A stretch of 64,000 nucleotides of DNA from Sphyrna mokarran (taxonomy: Eukaryota): assembly GCA_024679065.1 (NCBI GenBank), contig JAGIQG010000040.1, forward strand, positions 3,348,001 to 3,412,000. The letters run 5' to 3'. Both the position numbers and the translations under genes were made by a program. How positions within the stretch are numbered: position 1 is the first letter of the stretch; every line of letters starts with the position of its first letter. The notes beneath the pieces are model-generated. The model was not told the DNA's origin and made no database searches. It was given only the letters and a program-made list of their open reading frames with translations. Of the stretch, positions 61,507 to 64,000 are shown one piece after another.

Positions 61507-62946
61507 AAGAATAGCCACTTGACCAGAATGATGTCCTTCTCTGCTTTCACAATCTATGTTTTCTATTTAGTGTCTGCTTCTTGGCGATTTACAAACCCGA
61601 GGAAATTATATGAAAGTTGATTCTTCTCACCAAAACACTTGCTGAATAGAGTTGATTGGCTGAGAGTAACCCTGACTGTTTATATCCTGAGTCACAACAA
61701 GATTCAGGCGAAAACGGTCATACTCGCCCAGTGAAAGTAATTAATTGAAACTGATACTGCATTTCTGTGTCAAAGATCAACTTTTGACTGCATTTTAACT
61801 TTGCACAGTTTCGTCCAATAATTCTATAATTCATATTACACATTAGAATGATTTACAGTCAATACCAGTGGATTTCTAAATCCGAGTTGTTCTGTTTGTA
61901 CTGCTTGCGATTACTTGCCAACATGAGAACCTGTCCCAGACACTCTCCAATGTCAGTTGAGATCAGCAAGCTCAATTCCCCCCGATTGACTTGCTCACTA
62001 TTAGTCACTGTGAAAATTGTCTTTTCAAGATGCTGGAGATTTTCAATTCCCTCTATCCATTAGTTGATTTCCATCATGCTCTGTGGTCAGAATCCTCTCT
62101 GCATTTTATATTCTGTAGATTCTACAGAACAGAAATAGGTCATTGGGCTCACAGAACGCTTGTCTGCACTGCACACGTGCCTATCCCCCTCTCACACTCA
62201 ATCCCTAACGAAATCTTTGTGCACTGAGCACTATGTCCTGTTCGATTTTTCACACAGTAACAAAAAAAATCCTTACGCCATTTACTGCAACCACACCATG
62301 TGACAGCGCGCCCCGCATTCTTCCTAATTTCATTTTCTTTTATCTCACTAACATCAGATTCAACGTTTCTTTAATCTGAATCATTTTCTCCACACGTATA
62401 TTAATAAACCTACAACATAATGCTAAAGATTTACATCAACACCAAAAACCGAAACATGTTGGGAAACCTCAAGAGATCTGAAAGCGCCAGTGGGAAAAGA
62501 ATAAAGCCAACGTTTCCAGACTGTATAACCTTCCGTAAGAGCCATAGAGAGAATCAAAACTGACACTAGGACAGATTAGCATTCAGAATGTGTGTCATTT
62601 GAAATCACTTGGGAGACAGGACGCCCAGGATGTTATTAGTATTATCAGATACAACCACCAAATCATTAAATGTCATTATGGAGTCAATGACATTGCCTTC
62701 CCCGTACGATGTTTCACCTTTGGTGGTCACACACCTTTTCAGTCTGGTCTCACACTCAGACCTGACTCCAGTTTCCTACTCTGCTCCTAAATCTAAAACT
62801 GCAGTTGAAAGTTTTCCACAGGAACCCCCTTCCCCCACGTTGCTGTTGTAGTCACAGAGGATTGAAGTGATCAGATTGCAAGAATGAGCTGGCTGTGAAA
62901 ACTAACCTGAATAGTCTGCAACACGGGCGGATTTGGAGTCACTTAC

Positions 62947-62999
62947 CAGCTGAGACAGTCACCACTGTCCCAGACCCATCTGTAAATCTCCATTCTCTC
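62947..62999 (-). CDS. NARTCRJ: NAR-TCR J segment, cassette 2
   Basis: REWRFTDGSGTVVTVSA/GTAAGT. RSS CACAGTG(63000-63006)-23-ACAAGAATG(63030-63038). Confidence 0.88.
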
Positions 63000-63354
63000 C
63001 ACAGTGTCAACACTCTCAGTTAGCCCAATACAAGAATGACTTGCAACGTAAACTACCGGGAAGAAAACACGAAACAACCAGTGTTTATCAATTATTAGGG
63101 GTTTATAGACCAATAATGAAGAATGATTGTTTTATATCTCCCATTGAAACAAAGTGTTCCTTGGGGCATTCTGAACTCTTGGCAAAATGGCCCGGGATTG
63201 CACATTTCGTATAAGTAGAATAAAAAATTAAAGAAGGCTAACTGAATGGAGGAAATTTCAACAAAATTCAACCAGGTTACAACAAAGTAGCAAGAACTCG
63301 CAAGCTATGGTTCGTAAGCTGGAAATTATTGCTTCGTTTGTTTAGAAATATTGA

Positions 63355-63382
63355 AGTATTTGTTCTCCTCTCTTCCACTGTG
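63355..63382 (-). other. 12-bp-spacer RSS of NAR-TCR V2
   Basis: CACAGTG(63382-63376)-12-ACAAATACT(63363-63355). Confidence 0.85.
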
Positions 63383-63865
63383 GTGTTCCGTGTATGTAGT
63401 ACCAGTGCTGAGCTTTACAGTAATAGGTGGCGGAGTCTTCAATTTTCAGATCCCTAATTTCCAGCGAAAATGTCTTTTCTGCTTTATTCACCAACACAAT
63501 AAACCTCCCTCCGCTGGAGATCCGCTCCCGCTCTGTCCCGGTCTGGGTTTGTCTGAAGAAATGGCCGTTTTGTAAATCATAAACACTATTGAAAACACAG
63601 GTGATGGTGAGAGACTGACACTCCTTCTTGGTCGCCGCTGCCGGGCTTTGTGTCACTGACTGACTGAAAAATCCTGAAAATTAAACACACAGAGTTTAAT
63701 GGACAAGCAGAGCCGAACCGCACAATCGGGTTAAAATCCAACACACTGTCCGTAATTGAGATGCAATTGGGGCAGCTTTATGTTCAATTCATGCAATGTG
63801 GGTTAGTTTGAACGGTACTCACGGGGTAAATAGGCACACACGGTGAAAACAAAAAAGATTCCCAT
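63383..63865 (-). CDS. NARTCRV: NAR-TCR V segment (leader 63865-63823, V exon 63673-63383), cassette 2
   Basis: Leader MGIFFVFTVCAYLP/GTGAGT. The V is nearly identical to V1 and ends DSATYYCKAQHWYYIHGT. Confidence 0.92.
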
Positions 63866-64000
63866 TGCTCTGCTGCCTGAAACTGAGGTTTAAATGACGG
63901 TGAGCGGAGACTGCAGAGTTGGACTGCTTTGGGAGACTGGATCTCAGAGCTGAATTGAAATGCTTCAGACCGAACATTGACAAGTTAGGCCACGCCCATC

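Larger units (their letters stand above)
49088..64000. repeat. large inverted duplication of the NAR-TCR cassette; arms ~49088-55791 and ~56228-64000+
   Basis: Colinear reverse-complement similarity, roughly 85-95% by eye, through V, J, intron, supporting V, RSS arrays, pseudo-V and SINE. The last window bases reverse-complement to 49088 onward. Confidence 0.95.

Overview
Vertebrate genomic DNA from a cartilaginous fish (shark): part of the T-cell receptor alpha/delta variable-gene region. Bases 1-48,000 hold seven apparently intact TCR V segments (leader exon, V exon, 22/23-bp-spacer RSS) in both orientations, one further leader whose V exon I could not find in the window, and six V pseudogenes. 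These sit among CR1 LINEs, HE1-like V-SINEs, Penelope-like fragments with hammerhead ribozyme motifs, and several CTCF-like sites. Bases ~49,088-64,000 form a large inverted duplication. Each arm carries a complete NAR-TCR cassette: leader, IgNAR-like V, J, then a leaderless 'supporting' TCR-delta V. Two features stand out. First, both NAR-type V segments end in a long germline-encoded CDR3 stem plus a 12-RSS that faces the J's 23-RSS with no D segment between, which looks like a germline V-D join. Second, every supporting-type V-delta, and no other V here, is followed by a tandem minisatellite built from ~60-bp copies of its own 23-RSS (about 29 units in four arrays, some matching consensus). 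All calls were made by eye; family names rest on motif recognition, not database searches.
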